Shown here: positions 5,022 to 13,141 of the stretch, one piece after another | Layout of the letters: the number at the start of each line of letters is the position of its first letter | Numbering within the stretch: the first letter of the stretch is position 1 | From: Candidatus Nitrospinota bacterium M3_3B_026 | GTDB lineage: Bacteria; Nitrospinota_A; UBA7883; JBPRGF01 | Direction of reading: 5' to 3' | Assembly: GCA_051418015.1 (NCBI GenBank) | Contig: JBPRGF010000016.1 | Span: forward strand, 1-15,246 | DNA: 15,246 nucleotides | Position numbers and translations under genes: made by a program | The notes under the pieces: generated by a model | What the model was told of the DNA's origin: nothing | Seen by the model: only the letters and a program-made list of their open reading frames with translations | Database searches by the model: none

Positions 5022-8018
5022 TCAGCGGATCGAATCCCATCCCATGAGTCGGAGGAGTGCCTGAACCAGCCTGCGGAGCAGTCCGGGCCGGCGCTGCCCC
5101 TCGCGCCACACGTCCAGGAACGGCCGAGAGGGTCGGCCAGAAAGCCCCGACCCGAGAGCAGCGGGAGAAAGCCCAGCTTCAGCGGCCGCGACCCAGGCGA
5201 GAAAGGGCGCGTATTGGCTCTTTTGGGCTTCGATTGGAAGTGAGGTTTCCCCGGCCCTATCCAGTGCCTCGGCGGCGCCGGCCAGGAGTACGCCCAGGGC
5301 CTCTGAATGGACGCTGCTTTCGGAATGGCCCTCCTCATTCGCGGCGGTCGAATCGAAATCGGTTGAAGCCGTGGAGGGGAGCTCCTTCAGGAAGGTGGGG
5401 CGAACCGTGAGAACGTCATTCCGCAGCGCGGGGGAAGGCTCGGGGCCAGAACCCACGAGAATGAGCCTTGTGCCGAGAGGCCGGGCGGCGCCCTGCCCGC
5501 TCAGTTCAGCCGTCGAGGGAGCGCTGCCGATCGTCTGCAAAGCTGATTGCCAGCTCGCCGTGTCCAACCAGCCAGGCCCTTTGCCCGTCAAAGCTTTTGC
5601 ATCGAGGCAGGTGGCAAACGGCGAGACCTCAGAAGCAGCTCGCTGGGCATCTCTTTCGGGGAAGGCGTCCGGTGAATTGACACCAGATAGGTCTCCGGCT
5701 AAAAGTAGCGGTTGAAACCGCCCTATCGGCGCGCTGGATGTCGGGTCGAACACCGAGACGAGCTGACGGGCCAATCGGGACAGGCGCCGAGGGTCATCTC
5801 CACCCAGGAGAAGGGGAGGCACCGGGCCGGTCGGGCAGAGGGTCCCGAGGAGCCACCCCCGAATCCCAATCCAGGCCTCATCTGCTTCGATACGAAGGAG
5901 CCGCCGGAGCGGAGCAAGAGACCCTCTCTTCTTGGGGGGAGGTAGGGGACAGGCATACTCGCTTCGGAGGAAGATGGCAGGTGCGTTGGAGCGGGCGTTC
6001 CACTCCCCCGGCTTCACCTCGAGAATGGTGTTTTCGCCGGCGTCAATGTAGAGGGCTCCGTTTCCGGCAGCCACGCGCGAGGAGACGTGGGCTGGTGAAG
6101 GAACCGCTGGGGTGAGAAACAGGAGGGCCGCCCGGCACGCATCGGGACTGGGGATCCAGCCCTTGCGGTCGTAGGCAAGGCGGAGAAGGAGGGGAACGAT
6201 GAGCGGGCTCTCAAAGAGATACGACTTGCCAGAAACGGCGGGGCGTTGAGGTTCTCCAGCCTGCTTTTCAGAAACCCTCTCTGTGGATGAGAGAAACGGA
6301 AACACCAGATAGAAAGCCCCGCCCGTACTTATGACCTGGGCGCCCTCCTTCTCAAGGAGGTCGATCACCGCCCGAGTCTCCGCTGAAAAGCTGGATTGGT
6401 GAGATAAGCGGGGTTTCAAAGAGCGAGAGGTCCCCTTCTGCTTCGAGTCAGCCTTGCCGGTCCGGTTCTCCGAAGATCCCTTCTCCAAAGACCCGTTTTC
6501 GCGGGAGCCGCTTTTTCGAGAGGAGGACTTCTCAGCAGCTCCCGTAATCGATTCTGAATCGGTGGAATCCGGCTCTGGAGAGTGCGCGTCGCTGGTGACA
6601 AGAGTGTCGGCCTCTTCTTGAGCATCAGCCTCTTCCGAAGAGACAGCCACCCCCGATGATTCGATCCTTTGCGGATCGTTGGGGGGAAGGGAAAATCCGA
6701 CCTCTCCATTCCTGTTCTTGCTCACGATCTGGTCGAGGCCAGAAAGGGTCGCTTCGGTAGACCCATGGCCGCCAGAGACCTCCACACCGATTCCTTCCCA
6801 CTTAGGGGCTATTCCCGTGGAGGTCGACTGCTCGTCCTGCTCGTCTAAAGGAGGGATGGCTGCAGCTTCGTTCGAAGACGCGCCCTCCTTTAGCGCTCCC
6901 TCGGGTGAGGCCTCCTCCGTTGACACTTCCTCCGGGGGCGTTTCCCCTGTTGAGATGTCCTCTGTTGAGGTGTCATCGGGGGCTTGTCCGGACCGGACGC
7001 TGCCAGAAGAGACGAGGTATTCCTGAATCTCCTCCATTGGTGCAGAAGGGCCGGGGACCGCCTCGAACCCGACCTCGTGCGTCGGGTGTGCCCGGCTGAG
7101 GAGGTAGGGCGACTGGTCAGCCAGGTGGAGCAGGTCCGCCCCTGTTTTCCCCTGGGCGGCCCAGCCCGAGAGGTCAAAGTGCCGGGTGGTTGAAGGGAGG
7201 CGGAGGACCTTGATGCTTTCGGCCACGCCCCGTAGACGCTTTGCGACTTGCCGGGCGTGGTCGAAGCCGGCCTCATCAATGTCGGGGACGATCCAGACGT
7301 GAGCGCCCTTAAAAAAGCGGGCGAAGGAGGAGCGCCACTTTCCGGCTCCACCTGGGGCGGTCGTGGCGGAAAAGAGCCGGCCGGAGGACGCACCCAGCTC
7401 CGATCGCATCCGCAGGGCAGTCTCTACGTCTTTCTCCCCCTCGACGATCAAGATTGGATGGCCCTCGCCGATCGCCTCCAGCATCTCGGGAAGCTGGTAC
7501 GGAATCCGCTCTACGCCCTTCGTTGACCATATCCAGCCCCCCTTTGGGTTGGGCCTTCGCTGCCGGAATTTCTTTGGCTTGAAGCGGACGACCTGGTAGA
7601 GGAGGGTCCCCTCCGCGTCGTAGTAGTCGTAGGTGTTTTTAATCCGGTCGGACCTGCGCGATTTTTTCTTCGACCTGGCGTTTTCGTTGGAGGTGTTCGG
7701 TGTGGCCGACTCCGGTTTAGGCGGCTCCGGGTTGGGCGGGCTCTTTTCAGAAGCGTTTTTCGTGGGGTGGGAAGTAGAGGGGGAGGGGTAGAGATCGCTC
7801 ATGTCGAGGCCCACAGCGCTCATGACGGCCTCTGCCGGGCAGCCTGCGTGGCAATGGACGAGTAGGTGCCCCTCGGGAGCCAAAGAAATGGAGAGGCTTG
7901 GGGTCCGGTCGTTGTGGCCTGGGCACCGGGCCTCCCAGCGGGTGAGGTATTTCCCGCTGTCGGGGAGTTGCCTCAGACTTTTGAGGCGCCCGAGGAAGCG
8001 TTGGGGGTAGGTGGACAT
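5022..8018 (-). CDS. Zn-finger/TOPRIM DNA primase fused via an acidic linker to a degenerate helicase/ATPase-like domain
   Basis: Zn finger 'ARCPGHNDRTPSLS...LLVHCHAGC', then 'YDYYDAEG.LLYQVVRF.PKKFRQRRP', TOPRIM 'ILIVEGEKDV', 'ATT.PGGAGKW', 'IVPDIDEAG'. C-terminal 'RVA...ALYID.G...GEW....PAIF.R...PLP.P...GSL..LRRLL...W..I.GWL.G.L.P.GP.PPLLL.G' resembles ATPase domains of mobile-element primase-helicases. ATG 8018 is preferred (998 aa) and 8135 is possible. Confidence 0.8.
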   Translation of the reverse strand: MSTYPQRFLGRLKSLRQLPDSGKYLTRWEARCPGHNDRTPSLSISLAPEGHLLVHCHAGCPAEAVMSAVGLDMSDLYPSPSTSHPTKNASEKSPPNPEPPKPESATPNTSNENARSKKKSRRSDRIKNTYDYYDAEGTLLYQVVRFKPKKFRQRRPNPKGGWIWSTKGVERIPYQLPEMLEAIGEGHPILIVEGEKDVETALRMRSELGASSGRLFSATTAPGGAGKWRSSFARFFKGAHVWIVPDIDEAGFDHARQVAKRLRGVAESIKVLRLPSTTRHFDLSGWAAQGKTGADLLHLADQSPYLLSRAHPTHEVGFEAVPGPSAPMEEIQEYLVSSGSVRSGQAPDDTSTEDISTGETPPEEVSTEEASPEGALKEGASSNEAAAIPPLDEQDEQSTSTGIAPKWEGIGVEVSGGHGSTEATLSGLDQIVSKNRNGEVGFSLPPNDPQRIESSGVAVSSEEADAQEEADTLVTSDAHSPEPDSTDSESITGAAEKSSSRKSGSRENGSLEKGSSENRTGKADSKQKGTSRSLKPRLSHQSSFSAETRAVIDLLEKEGAQVISTGGAFYLVFPFLSSTERVSEKQAGEPQRPAVSGKSYLFESPLIVPLLLRLAYDRKGWIPSPDACRAALLFLTPAVPSPAHVSSRVAAGNGALYIDAGENTILEVKPGEWNARSNAPAIFLRSEYACPLPPPKKRGSLAPLRRLLRIEADEAWIGIRGWLLGTLCPTGPVPPLLLGGDDPRRLSRLARQLVSVFDPTSSAPIGRFQPLLLAGDLSGVNSPDAFPERDAQRAASEVSPFATCLDAKALTGKGPGWLDTASWQSALQTIGSAPSTAELSGQGAARPLGTRLILVGSGPEPSPALRNDVLTVRPTFLKELPSTASTDFDSTAANEEGHSESSVHSEALGVLLAGAAEALDRAGETSLPIEAQKSQYAPFLAWVAAAEAGLSPAALGSGLSGRPSRPFLDVWREGQRRPGLLRRLVQALLRLMGWDSIR
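6466..6525. repeat. Four degenerate 15-bp tandem units in the primase linker
   Basis: ttctccgaagatccc / ttctccaaagacccg / ttttcgcgggagccg / ctttttcgagaggag, encoding SSRKS-GSREN-GSLEK-GSSEN on the minus strand. Confidence 0.6.
6899..6988. repeat. Six degenerate 15-bp tandem units in the primase linker
   Basis: cctcgggtgaggcct / cctccgttgacactt / cctccgggggcgttt / cccctgttgagatgt / cctctgttgaggtgt / catcgggggcttgtc, encoding acidic pentapeptides (DTSTE-DISTG-ETPPE-EVSTE-EASPE). Confidence 0.7.
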
Positions 8019-8205
8019 GTTGCGGTCGAGATGAGGTGTCAATGGGAGGCGTCCGAAGAGGTCTTTTGGTCGTCTGGAGCCACAAGTCCCAATAGAAGCG
8101 GGGCCGAGGCTCTCGTCAAGACCCGCCTGGCTCATCTTTTTGTAAGCCGTTCATAACAGCCACGCAGACATCCGGCGCAAATATGGGTTTTGGGGCCACC
8201 GGCCC

Positions 8206-8234
8206 TTGACAGCTGCGAAAAACGGGCGTATGAT
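8206..8234 (+). promoter_or_regulatory. Near-consensus sigma70 promoter of the trb operon
   Basis: TTGACA (8206-8211), exactly 17 bp, TATGAT (8229-8234), ending 68 bp upstream of the trbB ATG. Confidence 0.8.
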
Positions 8235-8302
8235 GGGCGCCGGTTTTCCGGGTTGCTGGGGAAACCTCACCTGCCCAACCGGCCCCGTTTCTAACAGAGA
8301 CC

Positions 8303-9334
8303 ATGCACGAGACCCATCACCAAGAGCGAGAGAGCGCGCGGCGGATGGCCCACTACCTGGGGCCGGCCCGGCGCTTTTTGAGCGACGAGAACGTCACTGA
8401 GATCTACACCAGCCCGCTCGATGGACGGGTGTTTATAGACACCCGAAAAGAAGGGCGCGTAGGCACGGAGATGTATCTGGCCCCCGGAGACATTCGCTCT
8501 TTTCTAAACGTGGTGGCCGACCGGCAGGCAGAGACTCTCGGGCCGGGGAACGAATCAATTCAGGCCCAGCTTCCAGAGGCAATCTTTGGAGGGGCTCGCC
8601 TGCAGGGCATCTTGCCCCGCATTGTGCGCATCCCCTGCCTAAACATCCGCAAGCGTCCCACTCGGATCTACACCCTTGCCGACTACGTGGCGCAGGGCGC
8701 TCTTACGCCGGGGCTCAAGTCGAGCCTCGAAGAGGCAGTCGCTATTCGAAAGAACGTCCTGGTGGCCGGGGGGACCGGGAGCGGCAAGACCACCTTCGTG
8801 AACGCCATTCTGAAGGCGATGACCGACCACGGCCCGAAGGAGAACTTCCTCCTGATTGAAGACACGCCTGAGCTACAGTGCGCAGCGGAGGACCGGCGGG
8901 AGTTTCAGACGACGCTCCATTCGCCTATGGCCCATCTCGTTCGGATGAGCCTCCGGGCCAGCCCCGACCGGATTATCGTTGGGGAGGTGCGGGACGGGAG
9001 CGCCTACTACCTGATGGACGCCTGGTGCACGGGCCACCCCGGCGGGGCCGGCACCGTCCACGCCACGAGCCCGGTGGGGGCGCTGCGCCGCATGGCGCGC
9101 CTTGCCCGCCAGGCCTACGACATCGACCACCGCGTCCTCGTCGCCGAGTCGATCGACCTCGTTTGCGTGATCCGGAAGTCAGGCGACAGGCGAAAAATCA
9201 CCGACGTGGTTCAGGTCGGAAGCGAACTTACCCCGTCGGGAGGGTTCGCGCTGACTCGGCTTTTTCCAACAGGAACCGGTCCGAGCAAGACCGAAACCCC
9301 AAAAGGCGCCGCGCACGTGGCGCCCCGGCATTGA
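8303..9334 (+). CDS. trbB: P-type conjugative transfer ATPase TrbB (VirB11 family)
   Basis: 'L.DENVTEI', 'GARLQGILP', 'IRK...IYTLADYV', Walker A 'AGGTGSGKTT', Asp box 'IEDTPELQC', Walker B 'SLRASPDRIIVGEVRD', His box 'TGHPGG.GTVHA'. Confidence 0.95.
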   Translation: MHETHHQERESARRMAHYLGPARRFLSDENVTEIYTSPLDGRVFIDTRKEGRVGTEMYLAPGDIRSFLNVVADRQAETLGPGNESIQAQLPEAIFGGARLQGILPRIVRIPCLNIRKRPTRIYTLADYVAQGALTPGLKSSLEEAVAIRKNVLVAGGTGSGKTTFVNAILKAMTDHGPKENFLLIEDTPELQCAAEDRREFQTTLHSPMAHLVRMSLRASPDRIIVGEVRDGSAYYLMDAWCTGHPGGAGTVHATSPVGALRRMARLARQAYDIDHRVLVAESIDLVCVIRKSGDRRKITDVVQVGSELTPSGGFALTRLFPTGTGPSKTETPKGAAHVAPRH

Positions 9335-9409
9335 ACAACCCGGTGCACACCGACCGAGAGTACGGAGAACCCAAGATCAATCATAGAACCAGCAACCCAG
9401 CCATACCTC

Positions 9410-9835
9410 ATGACCCATCCTATGTTCTCGACCGACCACAGCAGTTCTCAGCGCAGTTCCAACTCTCAACGGCCGCTCGCGCCTCTTTCAGCTTTAGGCA
9501 GTAAGCAGCAGAAGGAGGGGAGAAGGGCCACCCAATTCCTCCTTGCGACAGTTGCGTGTCTGGCTCTCTCGCTTGCACTCGGTGCCACTCCCGCCTTAGC
9601 GGCCGGAACGACCGCCGGCGTGCCGTGGGAGACGGCCCTGACCTCATTCCTCGACATCTTCTCGGGCCAGACGGCGCGGCTCCTGGCGGCTCTCATGTTT
9701 ATCGGAGGAGCGGTCATCTGGGGCTTTAGCCGCAACGAGGAGGGCTTCCAGATGATCGGAAAGGTCATCGTGTCGGCGGGCCTCATCATCGGCGCAGCGG
9801 CCATCAGCACCACCATCTTCGGGGCCGTGATTTAG
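9410..9835 (+). CDS. trbC: Conjugative major pilin TrbC/VirB2
   Basis: Signal peptide ending PALA, 'GVPWE' motif, two hydrophobic helices separated by 'SRNEEG', C-terminal 'FGAVI'. Canonical position after trbB. Confidence 0.9.
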   Translation: MTHPMFSTDHSSSQRSSNSQRPLAPLSALGSKQQKEGRRATQFLLATVACLALSLALGATPALAAGTTAGVPWETALTSFLDIFSGQTARLLAALMFIGGAVIWGFSRNEEGFQMIGKVIVSAGLIIGAAAISTTIFGAVI

Positions 9836-9848
9836 GTCCGGAAGGAGG

Positions 9849-9898
9849 TGAGGCCTGAAGGGTGAGATCTGAATGAAGCCTGGAATTGTGGGCTTGAA
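9849..9898 (+). repeat. Four degenerate direct repeats (consensus ~TGAGGCCTGAA) in the trbC-trbD spacer
   Basis: TGAGGCCTGAA 9849-9859, TGAGATCTGAA 9863-9873, TGAAGCCTGGAA 9874-9885, TGGGCTTGAA 9889-9898. Confidence 0.55.
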
Positions 9899-9950
9899 GC
9901 AGGACTGCTCATAGCAACACCACAGTCGCACGAACACCAAGGAGACAAAA

Positions 9951-10310
9951 ATGGAAACCCACCCGCAGGAAGGGGGCTCAGTAGGGGCTCCGGTCCTTGA
10001 GACGAACACAGTGCACCAGTCCCTGGTGCGGAGCCCGCTTTTTGCCGGGGTCGAGTTCGGCATACTGCTCATGGAGGTCGGCATCTCGGTCGCGCTTCTC
10101 TTCGTGGCGAACTTCAGCCCGATGGCGATTCTTCCGTGCCTCCTGGTTGGGCTGGGGATTCACATTCCTATCCGGCGGCTCCTCCGCAGCGACCCGCAGT
10201 TTCTTCAGGTTCTCGCCGCCAGCCTCCCGCACCGGGTCTACTACGGCCCGGTCAGCGACATCCGCGTGCCGCTGCCCAAGCGACGGTCCTGTATCTCGAC
10301 GAAGACCTGA
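9951..10310 (+). CDS. trbD: TrbD/VirB3 family inner-membrane protein
   Basis: 'VHQSLVRSPLFAGVE', two TM segments, 'GIH...R.L.RSDPQF..V', 'YY.P.S'. SD AAGGAG upstream. Located between trbC and trbE. Confidence 0.88.
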   Translation: METHPQEGGSVGAPVLETNTVHQSLVRSPLFAGVEFGILLMEVGISVALLFVANFSPMAILPCLLVGLGIHIPIRRLLRSDPQFLQVLAASLPHRVYYGPVSDIRVPLPKRRSCISTKT

Positions 10311-10405
10311 CCCATTTCGTAAGCGACCATTCTGCCACCGACCACGTCCTTTCCAAAATCAGCGCGTCCTCCAAACGAGCACGTCTGCTATAAACGAACA
10401 CGCCC

Positions 10406-13141
10406 ATGGACATTCTTTCTCTTCTTCTCGGCGCCGGGGGCGGGGCGCTTCTCACGAAGGCCCTGTCGGCGACGCGGGAGTTTCGCCCCGGCGTGACGGG
10501 CATTGCCGACCTCCTGCACTGGGATTCTATCATTGGAGAGGGCGCCCTCCAGCAGGCCGACGGGTCGATGCTCTGCGCCTGGGCTTATCGAGGCGCCGAC
10601 ATGCAGACGGCCACCATTCACGAGCGAAACGCTTTGGCTCGCCAACTCAACGAGGCGCTCTTGCCCCTCTCCGACGGCTGGATGTTTCACGTAGACGCCC
10701 TGCGGCGGCCCGCCCGCTTCTCGGCAGAGGAGGGCGCCTTTCCGGACGGGCTAAGCCGCCTCATCGACGAGGAGCGCCGATCAGGGTACACGTCTCACTT
10801 TGAGTCAAAGCCTCGCTCAGAGTCTCGCTCTCGGGCTCAATCTACCAAACCTCGACGGGGCTTCTACGAGACGAGCTACGTGCTCACGGCGACCTACAAG
10901 CCGCCGGCGGGCGTCTACAACCAGCTCTCCCGGTTTTTCGTGACCGGCCGTCAGCGGAGGGCTGCCAAGATGGATCGGCTGATCGACCTCTTTGAGGCGC
11001 AGGTATCGGAGGTCGAGATGCGCCTGCGCGGGCCGCTTCGGCTCAGGCGCCTCTCGACGGAGGAGCTTCTTCGCCACCTGCACACGTGCCTCACGGGGCT
11101 TCGGCACCCGGTCGCGCCGCCTCCGGTCAACGTGGGGCTAAATTCCTACCTTGCCGACCAGCAGGTCTTTGGGGGCTTTGCCCCTCGGGTTGGCGGCCGC
11201 CACGTGCGAGCGGTATCGCTCCACGGCTTTCCGAACGCGACCTCGCAGGGCATCCTGGGTCGGCTGCACAACCTGCCGGCGGCCTACCGTTGGAGCACGC
11301 GTCTCATCATGCTAAGCTCCGAGACGGCCTCCCAGCTCATCCGCACCCGGCGGCACTCCTGGTTCAAAAAGCGAAAGGGCCTAAGCGAGGCGCTCCGCAG
11401 CTTTACCGGGCAGCAGGTAAGCGAGGAGCAGCGACGGGTGGAGCGGGAGTTTTTCGAGGACGAGAGCGCGGTCCGGATGGCCACCGACGCAAAGGAGGCG
11501 CTCACCCGGATGCAGTCCGCCGAGGCGCGCTACTGCCTCTACACCTCCACGTTCATCGTCATGGAGCGGGAAGAAGCCCGCGCAGAGGAGATTGCAGAGG
11601 AGATCCGAGAGGTTCTGGTTGAGGCCGGTTTCCCCAGCCGCATTGAGGACGTAAATGCCCTGGAGGCCTACCTGGGCTCACTCCCCGGCAACGGGACGGC
11701 CAACAGCCGGCGCTTTGCGGTTCACACTCGCAACGTCGCCGACCTCATGCCGGCGACCCAGATCTGGCCCGGGGCCGAATACAACCAGAGCCACCTCTTT
11801 CCCACCGGGTCCCCCGCGCTCCTTTCGGCAAAGACCGACGGGTCGACGCCCTTCCGGCTCAACCTGCACGCGCAAGGGGACGTCGGGCACACGCTCGTGA
11901 TCGGCGCCACAGGAGCGGGGAAGAGCGTCCTGGTAAACACGCTCATGGCCCAGTGGCTCCGCTACGAAAAGGCGCAGGTCTTTCTTTTTGATCTCGGGCA
12001 CTCGGGATATCTGCTTTCGAAGGGGGTAGGCGGGCGTCACTACCAGCTTTCCCCGGACGCGGGAGCGGCCCTTTCCCTGCAGCCCCTTCTTCAGGTAGAG
12101 AGCGAGGAAGAGCTCGCCTGGGCGGCCTCCTGGATCGAGACCACCATTCAGCTTCAAGGCGTGACTCCGACGCCCGCCCGGCGGTCCGAGATCGGGCGCG
12201 CCCTCAGGCTCATCGCGGCCAACCCGCCCCGCATGCGCACCCTGGAGGAGCTCAAGATCCTGGTTCAGGACGAGGAGGTCGCCGGCGCCCTCGGGCAGTT
12301 TGTCGGGGAGGGGACCTACGCCCACCTCCTGAACGGAAGCCGGGACGCGCTTGCAGGAGACGCCTTGGGTGAGGGCGCCCCGGCAGGGGAGGAAGGCAGG
12401 GAGCCGAGTAGCGAGGGCACTTCCGGGGTAATAAATCCGGCGTACCAGGTCTTCGAGCTCTCCGCCGTTCGCGACCTGCCGGAGAGCGTCTTCATTCCTC
12501 TCTTGCTCTATCTCTTCCATCACGTAGAGCGGCAGCTTCGGGCCGACCGGCCGTCGATCATCGTCTTGGAGGAGGTCTGGCACGCTCTCATGCACTCCAG
12601 CTTCTCGGAGCGCATCAAGCAGTGGCTTTTGACCCTCCGTAAGCAAAACGCGGCGGTTGTCATGGTGGCCCACACCCCCGCCCAGATTGCCCAGCTCGAA
12701 AACCGGGAGATCATTATCGATTCGTGCCCGACGAAGATCTTTCTTCCGAATCCGGACGCGATCGACCCGGAGGCCAAAGCCCTCTACCGAACGATGGGCC
12801 TAAACGAACGGGAGATCGCGGCGATCGCCACAGCGACCCGAAAGAAGCACTACTTCTTCAAGTGCCCGGTCGGGAGCCGCCTCTTTGACCTGGACCTGGG
12901 GCCCCTGGCTCTCCAGTTCGTCGCGATGCCGTCGGGGGACGTGGGCGCCCTTCGGCAACGGGTCGAGGCGCTGGAGAAGAAACGCGGGCGCGGGTGGGTC
13001 ACCCACTGGCTGCGCGAGCGGGGCCTTCCTGGGTGGGCCAGTCGGTTTGAGCGCCTGGAGGAGAGGGCTTTCACCGAACCGGTAGAGGACAGCCTGAAGA
13101 CGGCGCGCTTGCGGGCGGGCAGGAAGGAGGCTGTCCGATGA
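10406..13141 (+). CDS. trbE: TrbE/VirB4 conjugative transfer ATPase
   Basis: 'G.ADLL.W', 'DGS', 'GWM.HVDA.R', 'FPD..S.LIDEERR', 'LH.CLTG', 'YRWSTR', 'NA.EAYLGSLPG', 'TDGSTPFRLNLH..DVGHTLVIG', Walker A GATGAGKS, 'WLLTLRKQN', 'SCPTKIFLPN', 'GLNEREI', 'GSRLFDLDLGP'. Confidence 0.96.
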   Translation: MDILSLLLGAGGGALLTKALSATREFRPGVTGIADLLHWDSIIGEGALQQADGSMLCAWAYRGADMQTATIHERNALARQLNEALLPLSDGWMFHVDALRRPARFSAEEGAFPDGLSRLIDEERRSGYTSHFESKPRSESRSRAQSTKPRRGFYETSYVLTATYKPPAGVYNQLSRFFVTGRQRRAAKMDRLIDLFEAQVSEVEMRLRGPLRLRRLSTEELLRHLHTCLTGLRHPVAPPPVNVGLNSYLADQQVFGGFAPRVGGRHVRAVSLHGFPNATSQGILGRLHNLPAAYRWSTRLIMLSSETASQLIRTRRHSWFKKRKGLSEALRSFTGQQVSEEQRRVEREFFEDESAVRMATDAKEALTRMQSAEARYCLYTSTFIVMEREEARAEEIAEEIREVLVEAGFPSRIEDVNALEAYLGSLPGNGTANSRRFAVHTRNVADLMPATQIWPGAEYNQSHLFPTGSPALLSAKTDGSTPFRLNLHAQGDVGHTLVIGATGAGKSVLVNTLMAQWLRYEKAQVFLFDLGHSGYLLSKGVGGRHYQLSPDAGAALSLQPLLQVESEEELAWAASWIETTIQLQGVTPTPARRSEIGRALRLIAANPPRMRTLEELKILVQDEEVAGALGQFVGEGTYAHLLNGSRDALAGDALGEGAPAGEEGREPSSEGTSGVINPAYQVFELSAVRDLPESVFIPLLLYLFHHVERQLRADRPSIIVLEEVWHALMHSSFSERIKQWLLTLRKQNAAVVMVAHTPAQIAQLENREIIIDSCPTKIFLPNPDAIDPEAKALYRTMGLNEREIAAIATATRKKHYFFKCPVGSRLFDLDLGPLALQFVAMPSGDVGALRQRVEALEKKRGRGWVTHWLRERGLPGWASRFERLEERAFTEPVEDSLKTARLRAGRKEAVR

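Noticed and set aside
4898..5338. Long N-terminal extension of the DoxX-like ORF
   Set aside because: It overlaps the primase 3' end in another frame and has R/P/G-rich shadow composition.
8037..8042. TTGACA on the minus strand near the primase start
   Set aside because: There is no -10 box at 16-18 bp spacing, and it lies too close to the ATG at 8018.
11678..12673. 331-aa antisense ORF within trbE (likewise 2585-3364, 3902-4504 and 9997-10803)
   Set aside because: Shadow ORFs expected from high-GC codon bias over well-supported genes.
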